This document shows, in pieces, positions 1-9,770 of a stretch of DNA of 64,000 nt. How positions within the stretch are numbered: position 1 is the stretch's first letter; each line of letters starts with the position of its first letter. The stretch lies in the NCBI GenBank assembly GCA_051531975.1, contig JAOPTT010000001.1:179720-243719 (forward strand), read 5' to 3'. The notes beneath the pieces are model-generated. The model did not search any database. It was not told where the DNA came from and worked only from the letters and a program-made list of their open reading frames with translations. Source of the stretch: Spirochaetaceae bacterium (GTDB taxonomy: Bacteria; Spirochaetota; Spirochaetia; DSM-2461). A program made the position numbers and the translations under genes.

Positions 1-284
1 ACAAACTTAGTTGGTTCTAGAGGATCACCTAAAATTCCATGGGGATATTTACCAGAAAAGTTCAGAAGATTTACTTGAAAACCTGTAAATGAATTATAAT
101 AGATAAAAGAGTTGGAATTTGTAGAGTCATTTTTTAAGATTTCAATTGATAATGGTAACTCTAAACTATTATTTGCAAAATATAGATTTCCATTTTGTGG
201 GATTGTGGTATCAGTTCCATATAAAGATGTAAAAGTCTTGAATATAAAGATAATTAAAACATTATGTATCAAGTTTATATTCAT
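1..284 (-). CDS. Partial secreted hypothetical protein, possibly FG-GAP/VCBS-associated; runs off the window edge
   Basis: Open frame MNINLIHNVLIIFIFK...KYPHGILGDPLEP read by hand on the minus strand, GAGGT RBS upstream; not in the ORF track because it is truncated. Confidence 0.6.
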   Translation of the reverse strand, partial: MNINLIHNVLIIFIFKTFTSLYGTDTTIPQNGNLYFANNSLELPLSIEILKNDSTNSNSFIYYNSFTGFQVNLLNFSGKYPHGILGDPLEPTKF

Positions 285-312
285 TTTAGACCTCTACTTT
301 TAATTATTAAAA

Positions 313-564
313 CTACTGTTCTATTTTAAGTTTACCAGTAAATGTTGTTTGGCAACTTAATCTAAAGCCAGCATCAATTTTTTCTTGCCCAAGTTTTTTG
401 ATCTCTTTAACATTAGGTTCTGAAATATCACCCTCTAAGACTTTCATAGTACATTTTCCGCAGATAGCACGTTTACACAGATGTTTAACTTTAACCTTAT
501 CTAATTTTGCAGCAACTAAAACATTAACGCTTTCTGTGCTGCTCAATTCAATTATATTAGCCAT
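313..564 (-). CDS. 2Fe-2S ferredoxin-type protein
   Basis: C-x4-C-x2-C (CKRAICGKC) plus distal RLSCQ; AGGAG RBS. Confidence 0.85.
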   Translation of the reverse strand: MANIIELSSTESVNVLVAAKLDKVKVKHLCKRAICGKCTMKVLEGDISEPNVKEIKKLGQEKIDAGFRLSCQTTFTGKLKIEQ

Positions 565-651
565 ATTAGCTCCTTTTTATATATTAAAATTATAGGAGGG
601 AAACTCAAGACATTCAATAATAATTATTATTATTGAAAAATAACGAACCAC

Positions 652-1620
652 TTATTCAACTAGTATTGGAGAATGAACTAAACTTATATTTGTAATTTCT
701 TTTTTAATCAACTTGAGTAGCTCAGATGCAGCGTTTTCGTAAATTTCTTTAATACCTATTTCCACTGTAGCAGGCTTTTTATCCAAAACTAATAATTCGG
801 TACTGTTATCATAACCAATCAGTGGAAACTCATCTTGGAGTTCGTATCGATTATGGAATAATTTAGTGACAATTTTAACTAATAACATATCATTAACAAA
901 GCCAACACCATCAAAATCTCCAGATTCAATATGTAATATCAATTTATTTACAATCTCCTGGGGATTTTCTTCGTTTAATACAACAGCTTCTGGGAATATC
1001 TCTAGGAAGCCTTGTTTTCTTAAGTTATGAGAAAATTGATCTTCGTTATTTAATATGTAAATAGGTTTTTTACAGGATTTTGATTTTAAATAATTACCTT
1101 GTATAACTCCTCCTGCCCTATTATCTGTTGCAGAGTGGTTATATTTATTTAGGTGAATAGATCGGTGACAAATTACATACGGGATATCCCAATCGTCTAT
1201 AAATTTAGACTCTTCCTCTGATACATGGTCAAAAATTAACATACCATCACAATGATCTTTTATCTCTGCTTTCTTCATGGAAAATATAGAATTAACAAGT
1301 TTTACTTCAAATATATAAGGCTGGTTTTCAAAAAAAGATGTTAAAGATAAAATAGCTTCTGTAAATAACCAGTAGTTACGTTTTACGTTAGTCCAGTAAT
1401 GGCCATCCTCTCTTTTCACATATATAAGTAGAATTGTATTAGTACCTTTTCTTCGTAAAGCACTAGCATTTTTATCTGGTTTATAACCTATAGAATCAGC
1501 AACTTCTAAAATTTTATTTCGTGTTTTTGCAGAAACCTTATCGGGATTGCTAAATGCTCTTGAAACTGTAGCCTGAGAAACACCAGCCATTTTAGCAATT
1601 AAATAACTATCAATCTTCAT
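652..1620 (-). CDS. LacI family transcriptional regulator
   Basis: N-terminal HTH IAKMAGVSQATVSRAF, hinge YKPDKNASALR, C-terminal sugar-binding fold (IGYDN). Confidence 0.95.
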   Translation of the reverse strand: MKIDSYLIAKMAGVSQATVSRAFSNPDKVSAKTRNKILEVADSIGYKPDKNASALRRKGTNTILLIYVKREDGHYWTNVKRNYWLFTEAILSLTSFFENQPYIFEVKLVNSIFSMKKAEIKDHCDGMLIFDHVSEEESKFIDDWDIPYVICHRSIHLNKYNHSATDNRAGGVIQGNYLKSKSCKKPIYILNNEDQFSHNLRKQGFLEIFPEAVVLNEENPQEIVNKLILHIESGDFDGVGFVNDMLLVKIVTKLFHNRYELQDEFPLIGYDNSTELLVLDKKPATVEIGIKEIYENAASELLKLIKKEITNISLVHSPILVE

Positions 1621-1632
1621 AAAATCCTTCTA

Positions 1633-1757
1633 ATACATTCGTATTCATTTTAATTATTCACTGGACTAATTTTAGCATAACACTACTATTTCTACAATTA
1701 GAAAAGAAAATTATTGACAGATTTTAAAACTCAGCGCTATAATGCATACGAATACAT
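1633..1757. promoter_or_regulatory. Divergent promoter region: sigma70 promoter and two candidate LacI operators
   Basis: TTGACA 1714-1719, 18 bp, TATAAT 1738-1743; related imperfect palindromes ATGCATACGAATACAT (1742-1757) and ATACATTCGTATTCAT (1633-1648). Confidence 0.7.
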
Positions 1758-1773
1758 TTCAAAGGAGAACATA

Positions 1774-3063
1774 ATGAAAAGAATTTTATCATTAGTATTA
1801 ATCGGTTGTATTAGTTTATCGCTTTTTGCTAAAAACGATGCAGAAACTACTACAGAGACAGCGGCAGTAGCGGCTGAACCAGTTACATTAACATTTGCTA
1901 GTTGGAGTATCCAAGAGAAAGGTGCACAAGATTATTTTACTGAATTAAAGAGTGATTTTGAAGCAGCAAATCCAGATATCAAAATTGAGTTTTCTGGCTA
2001 CCCATATGGAGAGTTAAAAAAACAAGTACTAATTATGGCAAACGCTGGACAAATGCCAGATATTATTCAATCAGCAAGATCTTGGTACCCTAGTTTTGTT
2101 ACTGGTGGTTATGTAGCAGAGTTAGACTCTCTTTTAGGTAAAGAATATTTAGATGATGTTTACCCAGAGTTATTAGATGACATGAAGTACGAAGGAAAAA
2201 CTTATGGTATTCCTTGGAAAGCAAGTCCATTTGTACTTTTTTACAATAAACTGTTATTTGAACAAGCTGGATTAGATACAGATGTTGCACCAAAAACATA
2301 CGAAGAAGCGATGATGTTTGCAGAAAAACTATCAACTTTAAAAGATGCAGATGGAAACAGTGTATATGCATTTGGTCAAACAACAGGTGCTGTACCAGTA
2401 AGTGGTGGAGCCGTATTAAGTATGTTCTTTAGCCATGGTGGTGGAATAGTAGATGCCAATGGTAATGTAGATGTAATTAACGACGGAAACAAAGCAGCGT
2501 TATTAGCTCTTAAAGATATGCACGATAAAGGTTACAACCCAGAAGGTGCAAAATTAAAAGATTTAAGAAACCTATTTGCAATTGGTAGATTAGGTATGTA
2601 CTTCGACCAATTATGGGGTATGACTGGGGCTTATGCTATTAACCCAGATTTAAAAGGAAATGTTGGAGTTGCTAATCCATTAAGTGGTAATGGTTCACCT
2701 GCAGGAAGTACTTTAGAAGCTCACCTTATTTTAATAAGCGAAGATTGTACTGAAAAAGATGCTGCTGCAACATTTATTAAGTTTGCAACTAGCCCAGCAC
2801 AAATGGCTAAATATTATGCAATTACACCATTTTTACTACCTAGAGATAGCCAAGTAAAAGCGGCACCTGCATATAAAACTGACCCAGGAATTGAGCCTAT
2901 ATTAAACTATGCAGAAACAATTAGATCTGTTGAAAAACACCCAGAAATGGAAAATGTTTTTGTAGCTTTAACAACGGCTGCTCAAGGTGTTTCTATAGGT
3001 TGGGTAACAGTAGATGAAGCATTGGTTAATCTTGAAAAAGAATTAAAAACTTTACTTAAATAA
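1774..3063 (+). CDS. Sugar ABC transporter solute-binding protein
   Basis: Signal peptide MKRILSLVL...LFA, SBP motifs (MPDII, GKTYGIP, LFYNKLLFEQAG); ATG 1774 follows AAGGAG. Confidence 0.93.
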   Translation: MKRILSLVLIGCISLSLFAKNDAETTTETAAVAAEPVTLTFASWSIQEKGAQDYFTELKSDFEAANPDIKIEFSGYPYGELKKQVLIMANAGQMPDIIQSARSWYPSFVTGGYVAELDSLLGKEYLDDVYPELLDDMKYEGKTYGIPWKASPFVLFYNKLLFEQAGLDTDVAPKTYEEAMMFAEKLSTLKDADGNSVYAFGQTTGAVPVSGGAVLSMFFSHGGGIVDANGNVDVINDGNKAALLALKDMHDKGYNPEGAKLKDLRNLFAIGRLGMYFDQLWGMTGAYAINPDLKGNVGVANPLSGNGSPAGSTLEAHLILISEDCTEKDAAATFIKFATSPAQMAKYYAITPFLLPRDSQVKAAPAYKTDPGIEPILNYAETIRSVEKHPEMENVFVALTTAAQGVSIGWVTVDEALVNLEKELKTLLK

Positions 3064-3072
3064 AACTTCAAT

Positions 3073-3098
3073 AAATAGACCACGTTAGTGGTCTATTT
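3073..3098 (+). terminator. Intra-operon stem-loop after the SBP gene (mRNA stabiliser or partial terminator)
   Basis: AAATAGACCAC-gtta-GTGGTCTATTT perfect 11-bp stem. Confidence 0.65.
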
Positions 3099-3111
3099 AA
3101 AGGATATTAAG

Positions 3112-4002
3112 ATGTCATTAAAAACAAAAACCGGTGATCGTATATTTGGAACAGTACTGCTTTTACCATCAATACTTATTGTTGGTGGATTTATATTTTT
3201 ACCTGTTTTACAATCTGTGTATTATAGTTTTTTTAAATATAAATTAACACGAAAGAAGATGCCCCTTATTTGGAATCACTTTGAGAACTATTTAGAGTTA
3301 TGGGAATCAGGAAAAATACAAAATGCTTTTGTAATTACATTTCAATTTATGTTAATTGTTGTACTTATTGTATTTCTCTTGGGTCTTATAATGTCACTAT
3401 TTATGAATCGTGGTAAGGCAGGAGAACGAGCTACAAGATCTTTAGCATTACTACCATGGGGAACTCCAACGGTTATTGTTGCCCTCTTATGGTCTTGGAT
3501 GTTTCAGGCAGAGTACGGAGTAGTAAACTTTATATTATTAAAATTACATATTATTGCCCAGCCAATGAGCTTTTTAGTAAATCCAAACACTGCATTAGGT
3601 TCTGTTGCTGTTGCAGCAATTTGGCGACAACTGCCATTTATGTTTATTATGCTACTAGCAGGTCTTCAGGGAATACCTAAAGAGATGTACGAAGCAGCAG
3701 ATATAGATGGTGCAACATTTATGCAATCTTTTAGACATATAACCCTACCATTTTTACGTAATGTTATACGTTCGAGTATATTAGTTACAATTATTACCAA
3801 CTTTAAGCAGTTCCCTTTATTCTGGACAATGACAGGTGGGGGACCAATGGGTACAACTGAAACGCTGGCAATATTAACCTATAAAAATGCCTTTGTTAAC
3901 TTAAACTTTGGTGTAGGTGCCGCTGTTGCAACATCCTGGATGGTTGCGTTAATTATATTCTCGTTGCTCTATAACAGAATATTTAAGGAGGTTCAGTACT
4001 AA
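3112..4002 (+). CDS. Carbohydrate ABC transporter permease
   Basis: EAA loop (LQGIPKEMYEAADIDGA), TGGGP motif, multiple TM segments. Confidence 0.95.
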   Translation: MSLKTKTGDRIFGTVLLLPSILIVGGFIFLPVLQSVYYSFFKYKLTRKKMPLIWNHFENYLELWESGKIQNAFVITFQFMLIVVLIVFLLGLIMSLFMNRGKAGERATRSLALLPWGTPTVIVALLWSWMFQAEYGVVNFILLKLHIIAQPMSFLVNPNTALGSVAVAAIWRQLPFMFIMLLAGLQGIPKEMYEAADIDGATFMQSFRHITLPFLRNVIRSSILVTIITNFKQFPLFWTMTGGGPMGTTETLAILTYKNAFVNLNFGVGAAVATSWMVALIIFSLLYNRIFKEVQY

Positions 4003-4003
4003 T

Positions 4004-4843
4004 ATGAAAAAAAGAGATCTTTCTATAGGAAAAATTATTTCAATAGTAGGAATAATAATATTAGGTTTGTTCTTAATGTTCCCACTATATTGGTTAATTA
4101 TTACATCATTTAAAACTAATATGGATATATACAAGTTTCCACCACAATTCATTCCGGTAAACTTCACACTAGATAACTATATTTTGTTATTAAAAGATAA
4201 CTCAGTGTTAATTTACTTAATGAATAATGCAATTATTGCTACTGGAACAACTATTTTAACCATAATTGTTTCAGCTTTAGCAGGTTATTCGCTATCTAGA
4301 TACTCAAGTAAATTTGGTAGTATTGTTAAAACATCCCTACTCTCTACACAGATGTTCCCAATTGTTGGTTTAATACTATCTCTGTATGTTATTTTTAGAA
4401 ATCTTAATCTAATAAATACTGGAATGAGTCTGATTCTTGCATTATCAGCAGTTACAATTCCATTTTCAACAATTTTAATAAAAGGGTTCTTCGATGATAT
4501 TTCAAGATCCTTAGAAGAGGCAGCTAAAATTGATGGTTGTTCTAGACTTAGAACTTTAGTTGCCATAATTATGCCCCTTTCTAAACCTGGTCTGTTAGCA
4601 ATTGGTCTATTTACTTTTATGCAAGCATGGGATGACTTCTTATTCGCTATTACATTTATTTTATCAGATGAAAAAAGAACATTATCATCAGGTATAGCAA
4701 TGAAGTTTTTAGGTGAAGTTTCTTATGACTGGGCAATGGTTACAACAGTTTCTGTAGCTGGTGTTTTACCTATGTTCATCCTTATATTTATATTCCAGAA
4801 ACATATGGTTGCTGGTTTAACCAGTGGTGGTGTTAAAGGATGA
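4004..4843 (+). CDS. Carbohydrate ABC transporter permease
   Basis: EAA loop (LEEAAKIDGCS), C-terminal GLTSGGVKG. Confidence 0.95.
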   Translation: MKKRDLSIGKIISIVGIIILGLFLMFPLYWLIITSFKTNMDIYKFPPQFIPVNFTLDNYILLLKDNSVLIYLMNNAIIATGTTILTIIVSALAGYSLSRYSSKFGSIVKTSLLSTQMFPIVGLILSLYVIFRNLNLINTGMSLILALSAVTIPFSTILIKGFFDDISRSLEEAAKIDGCSRLRTLVAIIMPLSKPGLLAIGLFTFMQAWDDFLFAITFILSDEKRTLSSGIAMKFLGEVSYDWAMVTTVSVAGVLPMFILIFIFQKHMVAGLTSGGVKG

Positions 4844-6408
4844 AAAATTATATCAATCAAAAAACAGGTAAGGGTCCATATTCAATTGATGGAACTAAAG
4901 ATAAACCTAATATTTTGTTCATAACTATGGATATGGTACCTCCTGAATTTTATGCCACAGGAAATACCTTAAATACACCTGCACATACCCAGTTAGCAAA
5001 AGATGGTATAACTTTTAAAAATGTTTTTTCAACATCTCCACTTTGTGGACCTTCTAGGGCTTCCATTTTAACTGGTAGATACTCATACATTACTGGTAAT
5101 TCTGAAAGATCCCACGATGGTCATAAAACTGATTTACGTTCGGAAGATATTATATGGCCTGAATACCTAAGATCAGCTGGTTACCATACAAGACATGTAG
5201 GGAAATCTCATGTTGGAACAGAGCACTTTATGAGGGCATTTTCAGAGAACTCTTCACCTTGGGATAGATGGTCTCCCCCCTGGTATGATGAAGATGCTTA
5301 TATTGATTCATTACAGTCTCAAAACCTAAAACGATTTACTTTTAAGAAAGAAATTAGGGGTAATAGTTGGACTGGAGAGAGAGATGGAAACTCATATGGT
5401 GGTTGGTTAGCAGACCAAAATGGTGAACCATTTCCTGAAGAGGCTTTATATCCTACATATTTAGTTAATAGAGCTATAACGACTTTAGAAACTAGAGGAA
5501 ATAACAGACCATTTTATCTACAACTAGACTTTTTTGGTCCCCATCAGCCTTTTGCAATTCCTGGGGGATATGAAAAAAGAGAAGAAGAAATTCGTTCTAC
5601 AATCGAGATTCCTAGGAGTTGGTTAGACTGGGAAGCTAGTGGATTTACAGAAGATGGTTTAGATCCTAGAGTTTATGAGTTATACAGAAAAAACTGGGGT
5701 TTAAGAAATAGACAAGATCTAATAGATTATTTAGTTGCAAACCAACTTCAGTACGAAATTCTAGATAAACAGATGGGCCGACTAATAAACTACCTTAAAG
5801 ACAATGACCTATATAATTCTACTATGATTATATTTACTGCTGATCATGGGGAGATGAACGGACGTAAAGGTTGTGTTGATAAAGGTGCATATCTAAACCC
5901 ACAAGTATTGCAAGTTCCATTTATTTTGAAGCCTACTGCAGATAAAGATATTAAACGGGATATTTCTATTTCAGAACCATGTTCTCTATTAGATATTTTC
6001 CCGACGATTAGCCAAGAAATAGGACTTTCTATAAATGATAGAACTGACGGTGTTAGTCTATTTGATACATTATCTGGTAAACCTAGACCAGAAGATAAAC
6101 CTGTTATGTTCGATGTGTGGAATCATGTTGTTCCAAACCCATGTGTTGGTCGAATCTTTAAAAATAATAATAGACAATATTTATATACTTATAACTGTGT
6201 TTCTAATACTGATGAGCTTTATGACCTAGCTGAAAGAGGTCAAATAAATAACTTAATCAGAGATGAAGAGCTAGAAAAGGTCGCTTTGAAACAGATGTAC
6301 AAGGCACTACTAACAGATACCAGATGGGATGTTTACAATTGCTACTTTAAATTAGAGTACTCGGATAAATTACAATTAGAAATTGGTGACAACCAGAAAT
6401 TTGAATAA
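4840..6408 (+). CDS. Cys-type formylglycine-dependent sulfatase (S1), cytoplasmic
   Basis: PNILFITMD, CxPxR motif SPLCGPSRASILTGRY, VGKSH, TADHG; no signal peptide. Confidence 0.9.
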   Translation: MKNYINQKTGKGPYSIDGTKDKPNILFITMDMVPPEFYATGNTLNTPAHTQLAKDGITFKNVFSTSPLCGPSRASILTGRYSYITGNSERSHDGHKTDLRSEDIIWPEYLRSAGYHTRHVGKSHVGTEHFMRAFSENSSPWDRWSPPWYDEDAYIDSLQSQNLKRFTFKKEIRGNSWTGERDGNSYGGWLADQNGEPFPEEALYPTYLVNRAITTLETRGNNRPFYLQLDFFGPHQPFAIPGGYEKREEEIRSTIEIPRSWLDWEASGFTEDGLDPRVYELYRKNWGLRNRQDLIDYLVANQLQYEILDKQMGRLINYLKDNDLYNSTMIIFTADHGEMNGRKGCVDKGAYLNPQVLQVPFILKPTADKDIKRDISISEPCSLLDIFPTISQEIGLSINDRTDGVSLFDTLSGKPRPEDKPVMFDVWNHVVPNPCVGRIFKNNNRQYLYTYNCVSNTDELYDLAERGQINNLIRDEELEKVALKQMYKALLTDTRWDVYNCYFKLEYSDKLQLEIGDNQKFE

Positions 6409-6423
6409 ATAATCTCCTGTTTA

Positions 6424-6472
6424 CTTCAATGTTCCCAAGCTTAATAACAGGGGAACATTGGAGTTTTTTTTT
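6424..6472 (+). terminator. Intrinsic terminator between convergent genes
   Basis: CTTCAATGTTCCC...GGGAACATTGGAG followed by T9. Confidence 0.8.
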
Positions 6473-7328
6473 AGAACATATATCTATAATATCTAAACTC
6501 AGTTTGTATATCAAACCCTATATTTTGATATAGACCTAATGCATTTGTATTATCGACCTGAACTTCTAATACAATTTCTTTGTTTTGTAATAAAAACATT
6601 TTAACAATTTCAGAAAGCACATATTTTCCAATACCTTTTTTCTGAAATTCAGGATCGATACAAAATCCAAAAATATAAAGTCTAGTCTCTTCTTCATATA
6701 TACCAATCATACCAACGATTTTTGACTTATACTCTATGGAAAAGAGTTTTCTTTTATCACCATCTAAAATATCGTTAATTCTATCAGTACTATCCTGAAT
6801 ACTACTGTTAAATACTGTAGAGCTAATTTGTATTAGTCTATCAATATTTGTTTTTACAATTGCGATTCTAATATCTGGATTAGTGGTATTTATAAGTTTA
6901 TATTCATCTTTAAATGTTAGAAGATATTCGGAGAACTCATATTTTGAATTAAGAGTTTTAGATATTCTGTTACTCTCTAGGAATGAAGAATCACTTACAA
7001 ATAAAATAGACTCTATCTTCCTTCTTTTTATTTCAATAGTTGCTTCTTTTAATAATAGACTAAATAACCCCTGTTTTCGGTTATCTGGGGATGTTAATGC
7101 TATAATTTCAGCTTCTTTTTTTGATGGAGCAAATATACAAAGAGAAGAGACTAACTTATCACCTTTATATAACAAAAACGTATTAATATCATTTTCTTTT
7201 ATAAAATCATCAAGAATATCAAAAACATATCCTGTTTTATCGTGGTTATTACACTTATCATATAACTCTTTAACATCTAAAATCTGTTCTTCTGTTAATA
7301 TACTCTCTTTTACAACTTTTAAATCCAT
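6471..7328 (-). CDS. Tandem-domain GNAT N-acetyltransferase
   Basis: Two motif-A copies (PDNRKQGLF; PEFQKKGIG) and NTNALGLYQNIGF. Confidence 0.9.
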   Translation of the reverse strand: MDLKVVKESILTEEQILDVKELYDKCNNHDKTGYVFDILDDFIKENDINTFLLYKGDKLVSSLCIFAPSKKEAEIIALTSPDNRKQGLFSLLLKEATIEIKRRKIESILFVSDSSFLESNRISKTLNSKYEFSEYLLTFKDEYKLINTTNPDIRIAIVKTNIDRLIQISSTVFNSSIQDSTDRINDILDGDKRKLFSIEYKSKIVGMIGIYEEETRLYIFGFCIDPEFQKKGIGKYVLSEIVKMFLLQNKEIVLEVQVDNTNALGLYQNIGFDIQTEFRYYRYMF

Positions 7329-7442
7329 TTATTTCCTTCAAATCTAGGTATCTCTAATTTTCTACTGAGTTCATTATAGTATTCATTTAGTGTTTTTGTA
7401 AATTCTTATAGTTTTATACTATAATTGTTAAAGAGGTAAATT

Positions 7443-8645
7443 ATGAAAAAGATCATATTAATATTATTATCATTAATTATTTTAGGTTGTGGGACTACAA
7501 AAAATACAGTTTTAGAGGATGAAACAATGTCCCCAAAAGGTTCAGACGAGTTTATTGTAGCAATGGAAACTTGGGATAATCCAGAAGAAAAAATAGAACT
7601 TTTAAATAAAGTAGTAATAGCCGATCCAGATAATCCACTAGCATATTATTATTTAGCTCTTGTATTAAAAGATTCCAATAAACTAAAAAAATCTATTGAT
7701 GCATTAGACAGTGCAATAGAGATAGATCCAAATTTTGTTTCAGCTTATATACTTAGAGGAGAGACAAAATTATGGGATTTAGATGATAAAACAGGTGTTG
7801 ATGATTTTAAACAAGCATACGAAATAAATCCTAGTTCTATAAAAGCTGCCCTTGCATATGGTTCAAATAATGAGTGGCAAACAGAAGAGTTGAAAGAAAC
7901 TTTTTATACCGATCTAGTAAATAAATTTCCAGATAATGCTGAAGTATTAAAAGAGTTAGCATTAACATTTCACCAGCAAGGGAGCCAAGAGAAAGCAATA
8001 GAACTAATCAATAAAGCCATCGGTTTAGAACCTGACGACTCTTATTTATACCTTAAAAAAGCATATTTTCATGCAGATTATGCTGAATATATGTTAGCAG
8101 AAGAGACAATGGTACAGGCAGTTAATATGTCTCCTGATAATCCACATTACAAAGTATTTCTAGCCTCAATTCTGAGACATATGGGTAGATTAGATGAAGC
8201 ACTTATATATCTTAAAGAATCCGGGAATGGTGATTGGATAGATGATGGAATGTTCCCGGAACTAATTAGAGTAGAATCTAGATTAGGAATTTTTGATAGC
8301 TTGGAATTCTATAGTCAAAACTTATATGACGACCCATGGAGTGACTTTTTTAGAGGAGTAATAGCTTTAAGAACAGGAGATACTGATTCAGCACTAACTT
8401 ACATAAAAGAAGCACGAAATATGGAGGAGTGGAATACTGAGTTTACTTTAAGTTTATCCTACCTATATTTAAAAATTGGGAACATAGATATGAGTAATGA
8501 GGTATTAAGAAAAATTGAAGTGAATGAACTAATAAATTCCACTTGGTATACTACTTATGAACTTTATTATGACTTAATTAAAGATATTGAATCAGGTGTT
8601 ATATCCCAGGATGATGTTCCAGAAGTTCTACTTATAGAAAAATAA
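7443..8645 (+). CDS. TPR-repeat lipoprotein
   Basis: Lipobox ILGC after hydrophobic leader; repeated TPR signatures (AIEIDPNFVSAY, KAIGLEPDDSYLY). Confidence 0.85.
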   Translation: MKKIILILLSLIILGCGTTKNTVLEDETMSPKGSDEFIVAMETWDNPEEKIELLNKVVIADPDNPLAYYYLALVLKDSNKLKKSIDALDSAIEIDPNFVSAYILRGETKLWDLDDKTGVDDFKQAYEINPSSIKAALAYGSNNEWQTEELKETFYTDLVNKFPDNAEVLKELALTFHQQGSQEKAIELINKAIGLEPDDSYLYLKKAYFHADYAEYMLAEETMVQAVNMSPDNPHYKVFLASILRHMGRLDEALIYLKESGNGDWIDDGMFPELIRVESRLGIFDSLEFYSQNLYDDPWSDFFRGVIALRTGDTDSALTYIKEARNMEEWNTEFTLSLSYLYLKIGNIDMSNEVLRKIEVNELINSTWYTTYELYYDLIKDIESGVISQDDVPEVLLIEK

Positions 8646-8664
8646 TTGCTAGAACAGGACTAAG

Positions 8665-8706
8665 TATAATTTCCATCTTCATATATATACAGAGATGGAA
8701 ATTATA
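8665..8706. terminator. Bidirectional terminator-like hairpin
   Basis: TATAATTTCCATCT...AGATGGAAATTATA 14-bp stem between convergent genes. Confidence 0.7.
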
Positions 8707-8709
8707 TAT

Positions 8710-9672
8710 TTAAAACTTCTTAGTGTAAAAATGACAATAAGGAGCTTTACCATTTTTTTCGTAATAATCTTGATGATAGGCTTCGGCTTCCCAAAAGTCT
8801 GTAACTGGTTCAACCCTAGTTACTACGTCATAACCTTTTTCTTTTAATATATCTATCAATTTAAATGTTGTTTTTTGCTCTTCTTGGGAATCATAAAACA
8901 CTACAGATAAATACTGTTCTCCAAGATCAGGACCTTGACCGTTAGCCTGTGTTGGATCGTGTATCTCAAAAAAGAATTTTGCCATATCTTCAAAAGTTAC
9001 TACGTGGGGATCGTAGGTAACTTCAACAGTTTCATAATGCCCAGATCTACCAGTTAATACATCTTGATAAGTAGGTTTTTTAGTTATACCACCAGAATAA
9101 CCTGAAACAGCATTAATAACACCTCTCTGTTTCTCAAAAAGAGTCTCTACACCCCAGAAACATCCACCTGCAAAATATGCTTTTTGATAATTAGAATTTT
9201 CTGTTGAAACAAAATCTAAGGATAATGAATTAACACAATGTCTGGTCTCTTTGTCAGAAAAACCCTCACCTTTAAATACATGTCCTAAATGTGCACCACA
9301 GTTATCACAAACAATCTCAGTATTAAATCCATCTGGAACTTCTCTAATTGCACCATCTATAGCATCATCAAAGCTAGGCCAACCTGTACCAGAATCAAAT
9401 TTATCGGAAGATACAAAAAGTGGTTCATTACATCGTTTACAATAATATGTACCATCTTCATAAAAACTATTATATTTACCAGAGAAAGCCCTCTCAGTTC
9501 CTTTATATACAATGATATTCTCTTCTTCTTTTGTTAGTATATTATATTCTAATCCTTCGACATTATTTTTTGCGAATGTCTCTTCAGTATTTTTTGCATT
9601 AAGCTTTTCAGCACATGAAAAAGTTAACACTATGATAAAACCAATTATTATATATTTAAAATATTTTTTCAT
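8710..9672 (-). CDS. msrAB: Bifunctional methionine sulfoxide reductase MsrB-MsrA with lipoprotein signal
   Basis: MsrB GTGWPSF and RHCVNS; MsrA FAGGCFWG and AEAYHQDY; lipobox LTFSC. Confidence 0.95.
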   Translation of the reverse strand: MKKYFKYIIIGFIIVLTFSCAEKLNAKNTEETFAKNNVEGLEYNILTKEEENIIVYKGTERAFSGKYNSFYEDGTYYCKRCNEPLFVSSDKFDSGTGWPSFDDAIDGAIREVPDGFNTEIVCDNCGAHLGHVFKGEGFSDKETRHCVNSLSLDFVSTENSNYQKAYFAGGCFWGVETLFEKQRGVINAVSGYSGGITKKPTYQDVLTGRSGHYETVEVTYDPHVVTFEDMAKFFFEIHDPTQANGQGPDLGEQYLSVVFYDSQEEQKTTFKLIDILKEKGYDVVTRVEPVTDFWEAEAYHQDYYEKNGKAPYCHFYTKKF

Positions 9673-9770
9673 AAACGTGCTCCTCTTATTAAGAGTAATT
9701 CTCAATAAGGAATTAATCTAGTTGTTAATCAGGTATTTAAGAGCTTTATATTTATAGGAAAAGGTTTAAC

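Noticed and set aside
1714..1773. Longer ORF-track starts (1714, 3088, 9705, 20669, 24920, 27481, 30422, 31947, 38977, 48664)
   Set aside because: Downstream starts have better RBS or family-typical N-termini; the TTG at 1714 is the -35 box
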